A DNA stretch of 37,189 nucleotides from a virus (lineage: Duplodnaviria > Caudoviricetes): positions 1-37,189 of IMG/VR virus record IMGVR_UViG_3300014168_000009. One strand, written 5' to 3'. Made by a program: the position numbers and the translations under genes. A model generated the notes under the pieces. The model did not search any database. It worked only from the letters and a program-made list of their open reading frames with translations, and was not told the origin of the DNA. Each line of letters starts with the position of its first letter. The first letter of the stretch is position 1. Below, one piece after another: positions 6,647 through 15,353 of the stretch.

Positions 6647-7946
6647 TATCCGATTACCTGAGAAGGTAAAACCATTATTCCGCCCTGCCAGATACAAGAT
6701 TCTGTGGGGTGGAAGAGGTAGTGCTAAATCTGAATCGGTAGCGAGGATGCTTATCCTGAAGAGCATGGAAGGCCCCTACCGCATCCTATGCGCTCGTCAA
6801 TTTCAATCCAACATTACCGAATCCGTTCACTCCATGCTGGTGAAGATCATCAAGGAATATGACCTCGATCCCTATTTTACCATCCAGGAACGTAGCATTA
6901 GGAATATCTTCGGTAGTGAGTTCTTGTTCGCTGGTCTGAACGAAGAGACAATCAGCGGATTGAAATCGATGAACTCCCCTGACTTCGTATGGATAGAGGA
7001 AGCATCCTCAATCACAGCAAACACATGGACTAAACTCGATCCTACGATCCGAGCGGAGGGTTCAGAGATATGGTGTACGCTAAACCGAGAGATGGATCGG
7101 GACCCCATCAGCCGCCTCTTCATTGTTGGTGAGCCCCCTCCAGATAGCATCGTTATTGAAATGGAATATTGGGATAACCCATATTTCCCTCAAGTGCTTA
7201 AGAACCAGATGTTGCAATGCAAGGCTACAGATTATGAAACTTATCTCCATATCTGGGAAGGCCAGCCTATCAGTCATTCGCAAGCTTCTGTATTCAAGGG
7301 CAAGTTCGTCAGCAAAGCATTTACGCCTGATGAAGACCTATGGAGCCCTCTATTCGGCATGGACTTCGGGTTCGCTATCGATCCAACCGTTCTGATGAAA
7401 TGCTGGGTCTGTGATGATCGACTCTATGTTGAACATGAACTCTACGAGGTCGGCCTTGAGACGGAGCATATGCCAGATGCGATGAAAGAGATTCCTGGTA
7501 GTCAGACCCACATCATCTACGCAGACTCGGCACGGCCTGAGACGATATCTCATCTTCGCAGACACGGTTTCCCACGATGCGTTGCGGTCCCAAAATGGTC
7601 TGGTTCAATCCTGGATGGAGTGGAACGACTCCGAGCTTTCAACCGGATTATCGTCCATCCTCGTTGCACTCATACGCTCCTAGAACTTGCTTCCTATTCG
7701 TATAAGGTGGATCGGAATACCAATCTGGTGCTCCCGCAGATTGTGGAAAAAGACGATCATTGTATCGATGCGATGCGTTATGCGATAACACCACTTATCA
7801 AGGGTCATAAGCTCAAACCCATGCCTGATCGTGAACCAGAACCCCAGCTAAACGAGCTTGGTCAGTTAGTTCGCAGACCACAGTCAGAAGCCTACGCTAG
7901 ACAGCAATTTGCCGCTCTCGGCACCAACTGGATGCAAAACTTATAA
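6627..7946 (+). CDS. terL: Terminase large subunit, PBSX family
   Basis: Walker A GGRGSAKS, Walker B WIEEA, nuclease motifs GMDFG, ADSARPE and DHCIDAMRYA. Confidence 0.96.
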   Translation: MTAPKISIRLPEKVKPLFRPARYKILWGGRGSAKSESVARMLILKSMEGPYRILCARQFQSNITESVHSMLVKIIKEYDLDPYFTIQERSIRNIFGSEFLFAGLNEETISGLKSMNSPDFVWIEEASSITANTWTKLDPTIRAEGSEIWCTLNREMDRDPISRLFIVGEPPPDSIVIEMEYWDNPYFPQVLKNQMLQCKATDYETYLHIWEGQPISHSQASVFKGKFVSKAFTPDEDLWSPLFGMDFGFAIDPTVLMKCWVCDDRLYVEHELYEVGLETEHMPDAMKEIPGSQTHIIYADSARPETISHLRRHGFPRCVAVPKWSGSILDGVERLRAFNRIIVHPRCTHTLLELASYSYKVDRNTNLVLPQIVEKDDHCIDAMRYAITPLIKGHKLKPMPDREPEPQLNELGQLVRRPQSEAYARQQFAALGTNWMQNL

Positions 7947-7957
7947 AGGACACTCCG

Positions 7958-10111
7958 ATGAAAGAAGACATTGTTTCAGAGCCCACTAACTTCATGGATG
8001 AGGTGCGTGAACGTTTCCGCAAGACTGTCGAAAGTTGGGACTCACAATATAAACTGTCAATCGATGAGACCAACTTCTTGAACGTAGCTAATCAGTGGCC
8101 GAGTGACACTCGGGCTGCACGTGAGGGGAAACCCACGATCGCCTCAGACCGGCTGAACGCTCAAGTAAAACAAATTGTTAATGAACAGAAATCCAATCGC
8201 CCAGCCATCAGATTCAACGCAGTCAACAATACCGCCGACGAAGACACAGCTAATGTGCTCCAGGGTATCGCCCGACATATTGAGTACCAATCGAAGGCTG
8301 ATTTGGCATATGATACCGCTTTCGAGCACGCGGTGCAGGGTGGGATCGGTTTCATCCGCCTCCTCACCGATTACGAAGATAAGAGTTTCAACCAGCGCAT
8401 CCTTATCGAAGAAGTCCCCAATCCGTTTATGGTCTACGTGGATCCCGCATTCCGAAAGGTTGACGGTTCAGACATCAACTATGCGTTTATCCTTGATCTG
8501 ATCCCTGATGATGAATTCAAGCGTCTCTACCCCGATGCGGAACTTTCTGGGCAATCCAGACAAGCATGGATGAACATCGCTAGTCGCTATCCAGAATGGT
8601 TCGACCAAGACCGCACTGCTGCGATGGTATGCGAATATTTCGTCAAGGAGTATGAAACCTACACCCTCGTTAAGTTGAAGGATGGGACGATCATGGATCG
8701 AGATGATTGCACGAAGCGTCAGCTACGTCAAGTCACCCAATCACGTGAAGACACCAGAGCTAGCGTCAAATGGTATAAGCTCTGTTGTATGGAAGTGTTG
8801 GAAGAGTCTGAGTGGATCGGCAAAGATATTCCAGTCATCCCAGTCTTCGGTGATTGCTTATTGGATAATGGTACGCGCGTATTCAGTGGTCTAATCAGGA
8901 ACAATAAAGAGACCCAAATCATGCTTAACACTGTGAAAACAGTCACGTTAGAAATGATCGCCAGGGCTCCTAAGAATCCATGGCTTGTGGCCGAAGGCTC
9001 AGTTGATAATCATCGTGACGAGTGGGCTAGCGTCAATATTCTTGACCTTCCGTATCTGACTTACGCTATCGTCGCTGACGACCATCAGACCCCATTGCCT
9101 CCTCCAATCCGTCAGACCGCTGAGCCTCCAATCCAAGGAATGCTCCAGGTGATGTCCACCCTGGAGAATGACATCAAGTCTGCGAACGCCATGTACGATC
9201 CCACCATGGGTGAGAAGATGGCTAACGACCAGAGCGGTGTCGCTATTAAGGCATTGCAACAGGCTGGTTCAGTAGCTCATTACAATTATTCGGACAACCT
9301 ATCCAGAGCCATCCGAGTCATTGGACATCAACTGCTCGATCTCATTCCGAAGATTTACTCTGAGGAGCGAGTCATCCGCATCATTGGAATCGATGACAAG
9401 CATAAGCTGATCACAATTAACGGACAGCCTCAGCCTGGAACTGAGCAGAATCACGAGATGGATGAGAATGGTGTGGCTAAAGTCTATGACGTTACGACCG
9501 GTGAGTATGATGTCACCGTCGATACCGGCCCCTCCTACACTACCCGTAGGCAGGAAAATCTCAACGTCCTGACTGAATTGGCTATGAAGAATCAGATGGT
9601 CATGCAGTTCTGCACAGCCGATATCATCCGTCTGATGGATTTCCCCGAGTCCGCGACAATTGCGGACATGTTGGACAAAATGAAGCCCCCACAGTTGCAG
9701 ACCGATAAGAATGGTCAGCCCTCACCGACTCAGCTTCAGCAGCAGCTTGATCAGGCTCACCAGATGATCCAGCAATTGACTCAGACCCTCCAGACCGAGA
9801 CCCAGCTAGCAGATAAAGAGGCGACGAAGCTGAAGATTGCTACGTTGGAGAACCAGACCGAACTGATCAAGCAGCAGAAGGGTCTGGATCATGATGCCGC
9901 TCTAACGACCATGAAAGCCGAGTTGGAGGAAATCAGAGCCACTTCTGACCACTCCAAGAGTCTGATCGCTCAAGTCCATCAGCATGTGCTGGACAAGAAT
10001 GCGGCTGAACATGAAGCTCTGTTAGGGCAACTTACGGCTCCGCAGCCAGTCCAGGCCGGTGCCGGAGTGGGTACTCCTACACCAACGCAAAACCCCACAC
10101 AAAGTTTTTAA
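7958..10111 (+). CDS. Portal protein, P22-like
   Basis: 717 aa after TerL; QWP, SGVAI and G.YDVTVDTGPSY.TRRQE motifs; C-terminal coiled coil. Confidence 0.93.
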   Translation: MKEDIVSEPTNFMDEVRERFRKTVESWDSQYKLSIDETNFLNVANQWPSDTRAAREGKPTIASDRLNAQVKQIVNEQKSNRPAIRFNAVNNTADEDTANVLQGIARHIEYQSKADLAYDTAFEHAVQGGIGFIRLLTDYEDKSFNQRILIEEVPNPFMVYVDPAFRKVDGSDINYAFILDLIPDDEFKRLYPDAELSGQSRQAWMNIASRYPEWFDQDRTAAMVCEYFVKEYETYTLVKLKDGTIMDRDDCTKRQLRQVTQSREDTRASVKWYKLCCMEVLEESEWIGKDIPVIPVFGDCLLDNGTRVFSGLIRNNKETQIMLNTVKTVTLEMIARAPKNPWLVAEGSVDNHRDEWASVNILDLPYLTYAIVADDHQTPLPPPIRQTAEPPIQGMLQVMSTLENDIKSANAMYDPTMGEKMANDQSGVAIKALQQAGSVAHYNYSDNLSRAIRVIGHQLLDLIPKIYSEERVIRIIGIDDKHKLITINGQPQPGTEQNHEMDENGVAKVYDVTTGEYDVTVDTGPSYTTRRQENLNVLTELAMKNQMVMQFCTADIIRLMDFPESATIADMLDKMKPPQLQTDKNGQPSPTQLQQQLDQAHQMIQQLTQTLQTETQLADKEATKLKIATLENQTELIKQQKGLDHDAALTTMKAELEEIRATSDHSKSLIAQVHQHVLDKNAAEHEALLGQLTAPQPVQAGAGVGTPTPTQNPTQSF

Positions 10112-10197
10112 CTTTCATATCCTATAAATGACGAGTTCTGGAATCTCGCACAAAATCCTGTAGCGGACTTGAGACCGCGATATCTCACGCAGGAGCC

Positions 10198-11061
10198 ATG
10201 ATGCCCGAAAGTTTTGACGAAGTCTTCGATATCAAGGATTTTAACAAGGTGCTGGAACAAGGAGTTAAGGATGATGATCATCCCTCCCCCGAACTAGAGC
10301 CCGAAACCCAGGATGCGGAGCAGCCCGAATCTCACGAGGAGACCGAGCGGGAAGAGACCGAAGAGGAAGCAGACGACTCTGCCCTCTCTGAGGCTGAAGA
10401 CGCGGAGCCCAAGGTCGAGGCTAAGGGTCCGAAACATCGTGATACGAAAGCAGAATCTCGTATCGCTAAGTTGGTTCGAGAGAAAGAACGTCTCAAGGGT
10501 CAGCTAGAAGCTCTTAGATATCAACAGACAGGTCAGCAACAGCAAGCTCAACCGCAAGCCGTTTATGATCCTGATGCGCCAAACCCAGCCGCATATCCCC
10601 GTGGTGAACAGGATGACGATTTCCGAATCGACATGAAGTTCTATCAGAGGGATGTTCAGAGCAAGGTTCAGACGTTCCAGGAACAGAAACAGCAGATGTT
10701 GAAGAAGTATGAGGAACTACCGGAACTCATTGAGATGGATCAGGAACGAATTGCCTCTGGCATGAAGACCTCCAATCCTACGGTATTCAAACTCATCCTT
10801 GAATCTGATCAACCCGGAGAACTCTGGCATTATCTGCTGGCCAACTCCGATCAGGCCATTAGCATCGCCAAGATGGACCCAATCCGAACCGCCAAAGCAA
10901 TTGGCAGGATTGAAACCAAATTAGCCGCTGAAGAATCTGATGCCGCTCCTGTAGTAGAACCTAAGAGCACGAAACGTCTCCCAGCCCCAATCAAACCGGT
11001 CAAGACCACCACTCAGAACAAATCAGCCGCCACCAAGAACTTTGGTTTCGTCGGCTACTAA
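10198..11061 (+). CDS. Scaffolding protein
   Basis: Between portal and capsid; acidic N-terminus, RIAKLVREK, IGRIE.KL, PAPIKPV. Confidence 0.82.
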   Translation: MMPESFDEVFDIKDFNKVLEQGVKDDDHPSPELEPETQDAEQPESHEETEREETEEEADDSALSEAEDAEPKVEAKGPKHRDTKAESRIAKLVREKERLKGQLEALRYQQTGQQQQAQPQAVYDPDAPNPAAYPRGEQDDDFRIDMKFYQRDVQSKVQTFQEQKQQMLKKYEELPELIEMDQERIASGMKTSNPTVFKLILESDQPGELWHYLLANSDQAISIAKMDPIRTAKAIGRIETKLAAEESDAAPVVEPKSTKRLPAPIKPVKTTTQNKSAATKNFGFVGY

Positions 11062-11100
11062 TTTCCTAGCCTGACCGGCTAAACGAAAGGGAAAAATATA

Positions 11101-12384
11101 ATGGCAATCAGCAATGTATATAACAATCAGGCATTCATCACCGCCAAAGCACTGAAGCAGGTTAAGAACCACCTAGTTATGGTACCTCATTGCGCTCGTC
11201 GCTGGGACGGAGACTTTGCGGGTAGCTTCAGAGCTACTAACGGAGGTCCAGATTCCGGAAAGATCGGTGACACGATCAACATCCGCACCCCATGGTTCCC
11301 CAGCCTCCGCACCGGAGCCACCGCATCTCCCTCAGCCTACGCTGACTACTACACCCCCGTGCAGTTGCTCCAGTTTGGCGTTGACTATGAAATCACCATC
11401 AAGGATCAGACCTTGAACATTGATGAGTTTTACACCAACATCGCAGACCCGATGGCAAAGCGCCTTTACCAAGATATGGACATCAAGGCATGGAATACCC
11501 TCCTGCCCAGCGCAACCAACTCCAACGCTTTCAACCAGTTTGCTGGCAAGCCTGGAACTCCTCTGACCAACATGCAGGTTCCGGTTGACGCTTACTCCAC
11601 CATGCAGACCCAGTCTGCCGTGTGGGATGACGGACGCATCTTCGCAGCCCTAAATCCCCACACCGTGACTGATATCTGGCAGGGTGTGACCACTCTGTTC
11701 CACCCCGCGAAGGATGTGAGCAATCGTTGGGACACCGGACAGCTTGGCTCTGCTGCTGGGATCGATTTCGAATCCACCGCAAATGCCGCTTCCCTCACCC
11801 TCGGAACCTGGAGCGGAACCATCGTTTATAGTTCTGGTGCAACTGATGGTGGGAACACTATCGTCGTCAGCGGCATGAGCGGAACGTTCAACCCAGGTGA
11901 GAAATACACCATCAGTGGCGTCCAGGCCGTCAATCCCCAGGGAAATGGCGTCCAGGCTGAGTTGAAGCACTTCACCGTCATCTCTCAGGTCACCAACACC
12001 ATCACTTTCAGCCCCCCGTTCCACCTCACCGGCCCCTTGCAGAACATCAACGCCCTGCCCACCGGCTCCGCTAGCATCAATCCATGGGGTTACACCACCG
12101 CTACCGCACTGACTGCCGGAACCGGTCAGATTGCTCGTCAGAGCCTTGTGTTCCACCCCGAAGCCATCGCATATTGCCTTGGTGACCTGATCGATACCTC
12201 TAACCTTGGTGGTGTCGCTGGTGGGAACAAGTTTGCTTCCCGCATGAAGGATCCGGAAACTGGCCTCCGCTGCTCAACTCTCTTCTGGTTGGATGGCTAT
12301 AACCACAAATTGCTCTTCCGGCTGGACGCATTGTATAATGCTGCTCCTCTGCGTCAGGGTTTCGCAACTGTCGTGGTCGAATAA
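11101..12384 (+). CDS. Major capsid protein, P22 gp5-like
   Basis: KIGDTINIR.P, TISGV.AVNP, L.FHPEA, RLD.LY; biased codon use. Confidence 0.93.
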   Translation: MAISNVYNNQAFITAKALKQVKNHLVMVPHCARRWDGDFAGSFRATNGGPDSGKIGDTINIRTPWFPSLRTGATASPSAYADYYTPVQLLQFGVDYEITIKDQTLNIDEFYTNIADPMAKRLYQDMDIKAWNTLLPSATNSNAFNQFAGKPGTPLTNMQVPVDAYSTMQTQSAVWDDGRIFAALNPHTVTDIWQGVTTLFHPAKDVSNRWDTGQLGSAAGIDFESTANAASLTLGTWSGTIVYSSGATDGGNTIVVSGMSGTFNPGEKYTISGVQAVNPQGNGVQAELKHFTVISQVTNTITFSPPFHLTGPLQNINALPTGSASINPWGYTTATALTAGTGQIARQSLVFHPEAIAYCLGDLIDTSNLGGVAGGNKFASRMKDPETGLRCSTLFWLDGYNHKLLFRLDALYNAAPLRQGFATVVVE

Positions 12385-12395
12385 GATACGACTTG

Positions 12396-12428
12396 GAGGG
12401 TCGTAATCAGATTACGACCCTCTTCTTC
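12396..12428 (+). terminator. Hairpin after the capsid gene
   Basis: GAGGGTCGTAATC-A-GATTACGACCCTC followed by TTCTTC. Confidence 0.65.
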
Positions 12429-12461
12429 GCCTCCCCTCTCTCATAAAAAGGAAAATACAAA

Positions 12462-12737
12462 ATGGCTTCTACCCCTTATCAGACCACCTCACCCCTCAGC
12501 ACTGTCGTCGCTCCTGGCGCAGTTGTTGGGCAGTCCCAGACTGATACCATCGCCTTCTTCGGCGGCACTGGTATCACTGGCGGAAATGCTAATCTCACCA
12601 ACGTCAATCTGACCGGCCTCACCGCTGGACAGACTGGTTACACTGCTGGTTGGACTGCCGCATCCTTCAATCCCATTCTCGCAGCCGTTGCGGCTCTGTT
12701 GGCGGCACTCAATACCGTCAGCCTCACCCAGCCCTAA
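12462..12737 (+). CDS. Putative capsid decoration protein
   Basis: Follows MCP; G/T/A-rich with GQ..TD.IAFFG; capsid-like codon use. Confidence 0.6.
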   Translation: MASTPYQTTSPLSTVVAPGAVVGQSQTDTIAFFGGTGITGGNANLTNVNLTGLTAGQTGYTAGWTAASFNPILAAVAALLAALNTVSLTQP

Positions 12738-12759
12738 TATTTGCTGAGAAATGAACTAT

Positions 12760-12784
12760 AGCCCCCTCTCGTAGGGGGCTTTTT
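12760..12784 (+). terminator. Intrinsic terminator
   Basis: AGCCCCCT-N5-AGGGGGCT-TTTT. Confidence 0.75.
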
Positions 12785-12794
12785 AGAGGTGTGC

Positions 12795-13067
12795 ATGGAA
12801 TTTCCGCAATGGATGTATCGTATGGAAACCGGACAGTCATGTCTCGTTCCCTCTCAGGACTTTCTTGACTCCCTACCGGAGAAAGAACGCAAGCTATGGA
12901 CGACGAAGCCATGGTATAAAGAACTTCACGTATCTGACCCGAAGGCCGAGATTGCCAAACTGAAGCAATTGGTTGAGACGTTGGAAGAAGAGTTACGGGA
13001 GAAGGATCAGATGATCGTTCTGCTGAACCAGAGCATCGAGCAATTGAGAGTGAAGAAGGTGAAGTAA
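12795..13067 (+). CDS. Hypothetical head-completion-region protein
   Basis: GAGGTG SD; EFPQWMY...W...P followed by a coiled coil. Confidence 0.7.
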   Translation: MEFPQWMYRMETGQSCLVPSQDFLDSLPEKERKLWTTKPWYKELHVSDPKAEIAKLKQLVETLEEELREKDQMIVLLNQSIEQLRVKKVK

Positions 13068-13068
13068 T

Positions 13069-14055
13069 ATGGGCAACCCTACCGCATTAGACTTGATTGA
13101 GGCTGCCTACAGTCTAATTGGCATATGGGATACGACCAGCCCTCTAACTCCTTATGAGACCCAATTGGGCCTGACTACTCTCAATGATCTTATGGATCAG
13201 TGGGACAATGAGAATCTGCTTGTATTCAGCACCACCCCATTCACCTTCCCGTTCCAGAACAACATTCAGACCTATCAGGTTGGGAGTGTCAACCCATTCG
13301 TATGTAATATCCTGGGTGATGTGATGACTGTAGTGTCAGGCACTCCAGGAACGGTTCAGATAGGCAATGTGCTGATTGCGAACGGTGTGCCAGCCAATAC
13401 GACCATCACTGGTATTCTGACCGGAAACCAATATACACTAAGTTGGACGGCTCCGCTACCCATCACGGGTGTGAACGGTAGTCTTTGCGGTTTCGTAACT
13501 CCTCAGACGAATACGTTCATTTCCGCCTATCCGACTGATTACAGTTGGAATATTCCTCGTCCGGTCAAGATCGAGAAAGTATCAATCCAATTCCCTGCTG
13601 GTAATAGTCAGCCGGTCGAGTTGGAGATTCCTCAGATTCCCTTGGAGGAATGGATCGGAGTCCCGCAGAAGAATACGAGTAGCCTATGGCCCCTGTTCGT
13701 CTATGATGATTGCGCCGATCCGGTTCGTAATCTGCGCTTCTGGCCGGTGCCACAGGTCAATGCCAACTGCATCCTGTATGTGTGGGAGCAGTTGAATAAG
13801 GTCACGGCTCTGACGAATACGCTCTACGCTCCTCCTGGATACAGCATGGCCATCAAGCTCAGCCTCGCTGAGATCCTCGCGTTGCACTTCGAGCGTGTCC
13901 TAACCCCAGATTTCAAGGCGAAGGCTTCTCAAGCCCGTTCAGCCATCAACAACATCAATCAGCAAATCCCGAAGACCCGATATGATGGGATTTGGGGTGG
14001 GGCCGCAGCCGGTTCAGATATGACATGGGCGTCACGCGGTCGGGTTCGTACGTAA
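13069..14055 (+). CDS. Head-tail adaptor (P22 gp4-like) with an inserted beta module
   Basis: TALDLI..A...IG, LNDLMDQW, RP..I, FWPVP, PPGY..A....LA. Confidence 0.75.
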   Translation: MGNPTALDLIEAAYSLIGIWDTTSPLTPYETQLGLTTLNDLMDQWDNENLLVFSTTPFTFPFQNNIQTYQVGSVNPFVCNILGDVMTVVSGTPGTVQIGNVLIANGVPANTTITGILTGNQYTLSWTAPLPITGVNGSLCGFVTPQTNTFISAYPTDYSWNIPRPVKIEKVSIQFPAGNSQPVELEIPQIPLEEWIGVPQKNTSSLWPLFVYDDCADPVRNLRFWPVPQVNANCILYVWEQLNKVTALTNTLYAPPGYSMAIKLSLAEILALHFERVLTPDFKAKASQARSAINNINQQIPKTRYDGIWGGAAAGSDMTWASRGRVRT

Positions 14056-14091
14056 TAAAATAAACTTTTCCTTTCTTATACGGAGGACTAT

Positions 14092-14277
14092 ATGGCTGCT
14101 AAGAAATCTGGTATTCACATCAAACCATCACATAAAGGATTGCTCCATAAAGACCTAGGGGTTCCTGAAGGTGAGAAAATCCCAGCAAAGAAGCTGGAAC
14201 AGGCTAAAAAGAACGCTTCGCCTGCTGAGAAGAAGCGCATCGTATTTGCTCAGAATGCAAAAAAGTGGGGCTACTAA
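14092..14277 (+). CDS. Small basic virion-region protein
   Basis: GGAGG SD; IKPSHKGLLH..LGVPEG.KIP. Confidence 0.8.
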   Translation: MAAKKSGIHIKPSHKGLLHKDLGVPEGEKIPAKKLEQAKKNASPAEKKRIVFAQNAKKWGY

Positions 14278-14300
14278 GCCCTCATCCCTAGGAGTAAGAA

Positions 14301-14615
14301 ATGGCCCTACCTACCGCCCCCAATCTATTCGGAATCGCTTCCACCAACTCAATCCTTCCTGGAGTGTTTGGTCACCCAGCCTCCGATACGGTTCACTTCG
14401 AAGCCATCGGCTCAGTCGCTGGCGTTGCCGCCACCGTAGCCTTCCTTGGATCAATCTCTGGTGTGAACTGGAACAACGTCACTACCCTCACCTTTACGGC
14501 TGGAACGGGTAACGTGGCTCAGTTCTACGCTAGCTCTGCGGTCAAGTACAACTACTACAAGTGTCAGGTCAGCGGACTTTCTGGTGGTAGCATCAGCGCA
14601 TGGATCAACAGCTAA
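14301..14615 (+). CDS. Hypothetical beta-sandwich virion protein
   Basis: AGGAG SD; GS..G.NW motif. Confidence 0.7.
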   Translation: MALPTAPNLFGIASTNSILPGVFGHPASDTVHFEAIGSVAGVAATVAFLGSISGVNWNNVTTLTFTAGTGNVAQFYASSAVKYNYYKCQVSGLSGGSISAWINS

Positions 14616-14624
14616 GGTTCAGAT

Positions 14625-14789
14625 ATGCCTCTTAACAAATCAGGTTCAAAACAGTCAGTCTCTGAGAACATCAAGACCGAGATGGCCGCTGGTAAACCTC
14701 AGAAGCAAGCGGTAGCCATCGCTCTATCTGTTCAGGATAGGGCTAAGAAGACTCCGAAGAAGCCCATGCATGGAATGAAGGAATACTAA
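14625..14789 (+). CDS. 54-aa basic phage protein
   Basis: Not in ORF track: MPLNKSGSKQSVSENIKTEMAAGKPQKQAVAIALS...; TAATG coupling to the next gene. Confidence 0.8.
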   Translation: MPLNKSGSKQSVSENIKTEMAAGKPQKQAVAIALSVQDRAKKTPKKPMHGMKEY

Positions 14790-15343
14790 TGAGTTACAAT
14801 CCGAACGCCGTACAGGCAACCAGCCCACTCTTCAGTGCTGTAGACAATCTGACTGGCCTACCCCTAGCGGGTGGCCTGCTCTATACGTATGCGTCCGGGA
14901 CGACCACTCCGCAGGCTACCTTCACAGATAATACACTGACCACGCAGATGCCCAACCCGATTGTATTGGACAACTATGGACAGGCTAAGCTCTGGCTGAA
15001 CAATGTGACAGCTTATCGATTCAACCTGCTCAATGCTGCGGGTGTCCAGCAGGCTCACTATCCGGTGGATAACATCAGTCCAAATAGTATCGTCGTAGGG
15101 ATTTCCGTTGCCTACGCTTCTACCATCACTCCCACCGGATCAATATTCCATCTGACTACCACCGCTGGTGCGGTAGCAACAATCAATGTGCCCTATACCG
15201 GATTTATCGGCCAAATCACTATTATTCCTGATGTTGCGTTTACCACCACAACCGCTGGTAATATTGCTCTTGCTTCAACTGCTGTAGTTGGCAAAGCAAT
15301 GATAATGACTTATGACGGCACCAAATGGTATCCCTCCTACTAA
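14789..15343 (+). CDS. Short fibre/spike protein with a virion-anchor N-terminal domain
   Basis: PLAGG..YTY..GTTTP..T.TD...NPIVLD..G.A..WL domain shared with the next gene. Confidence 0.75.
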   Translation: MSYNPNAVQATSPLFSAVDNLTGLPLAGGLLYTYASGTTTPQATFTDNTLTTQMPNPIVLDNYGQAKLWLNNVTAYRFNLLNAAGVQQAHYPVDNISPNSIVVGISVAYASTITPTGSIFHLTTTAGAVATINVPYTGFIGQITIIPDVAFTTTTAGNIALASTAVVGKAMIMTYDGTKWYPSY

Positions 15344-15353
15344 TGGTAACTAA

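Noticed and set aside
11650-12156. Antisense ORFs within the capsid gene
   Set aside because: Shadow of biased codon use; no SD or recognisable protein.
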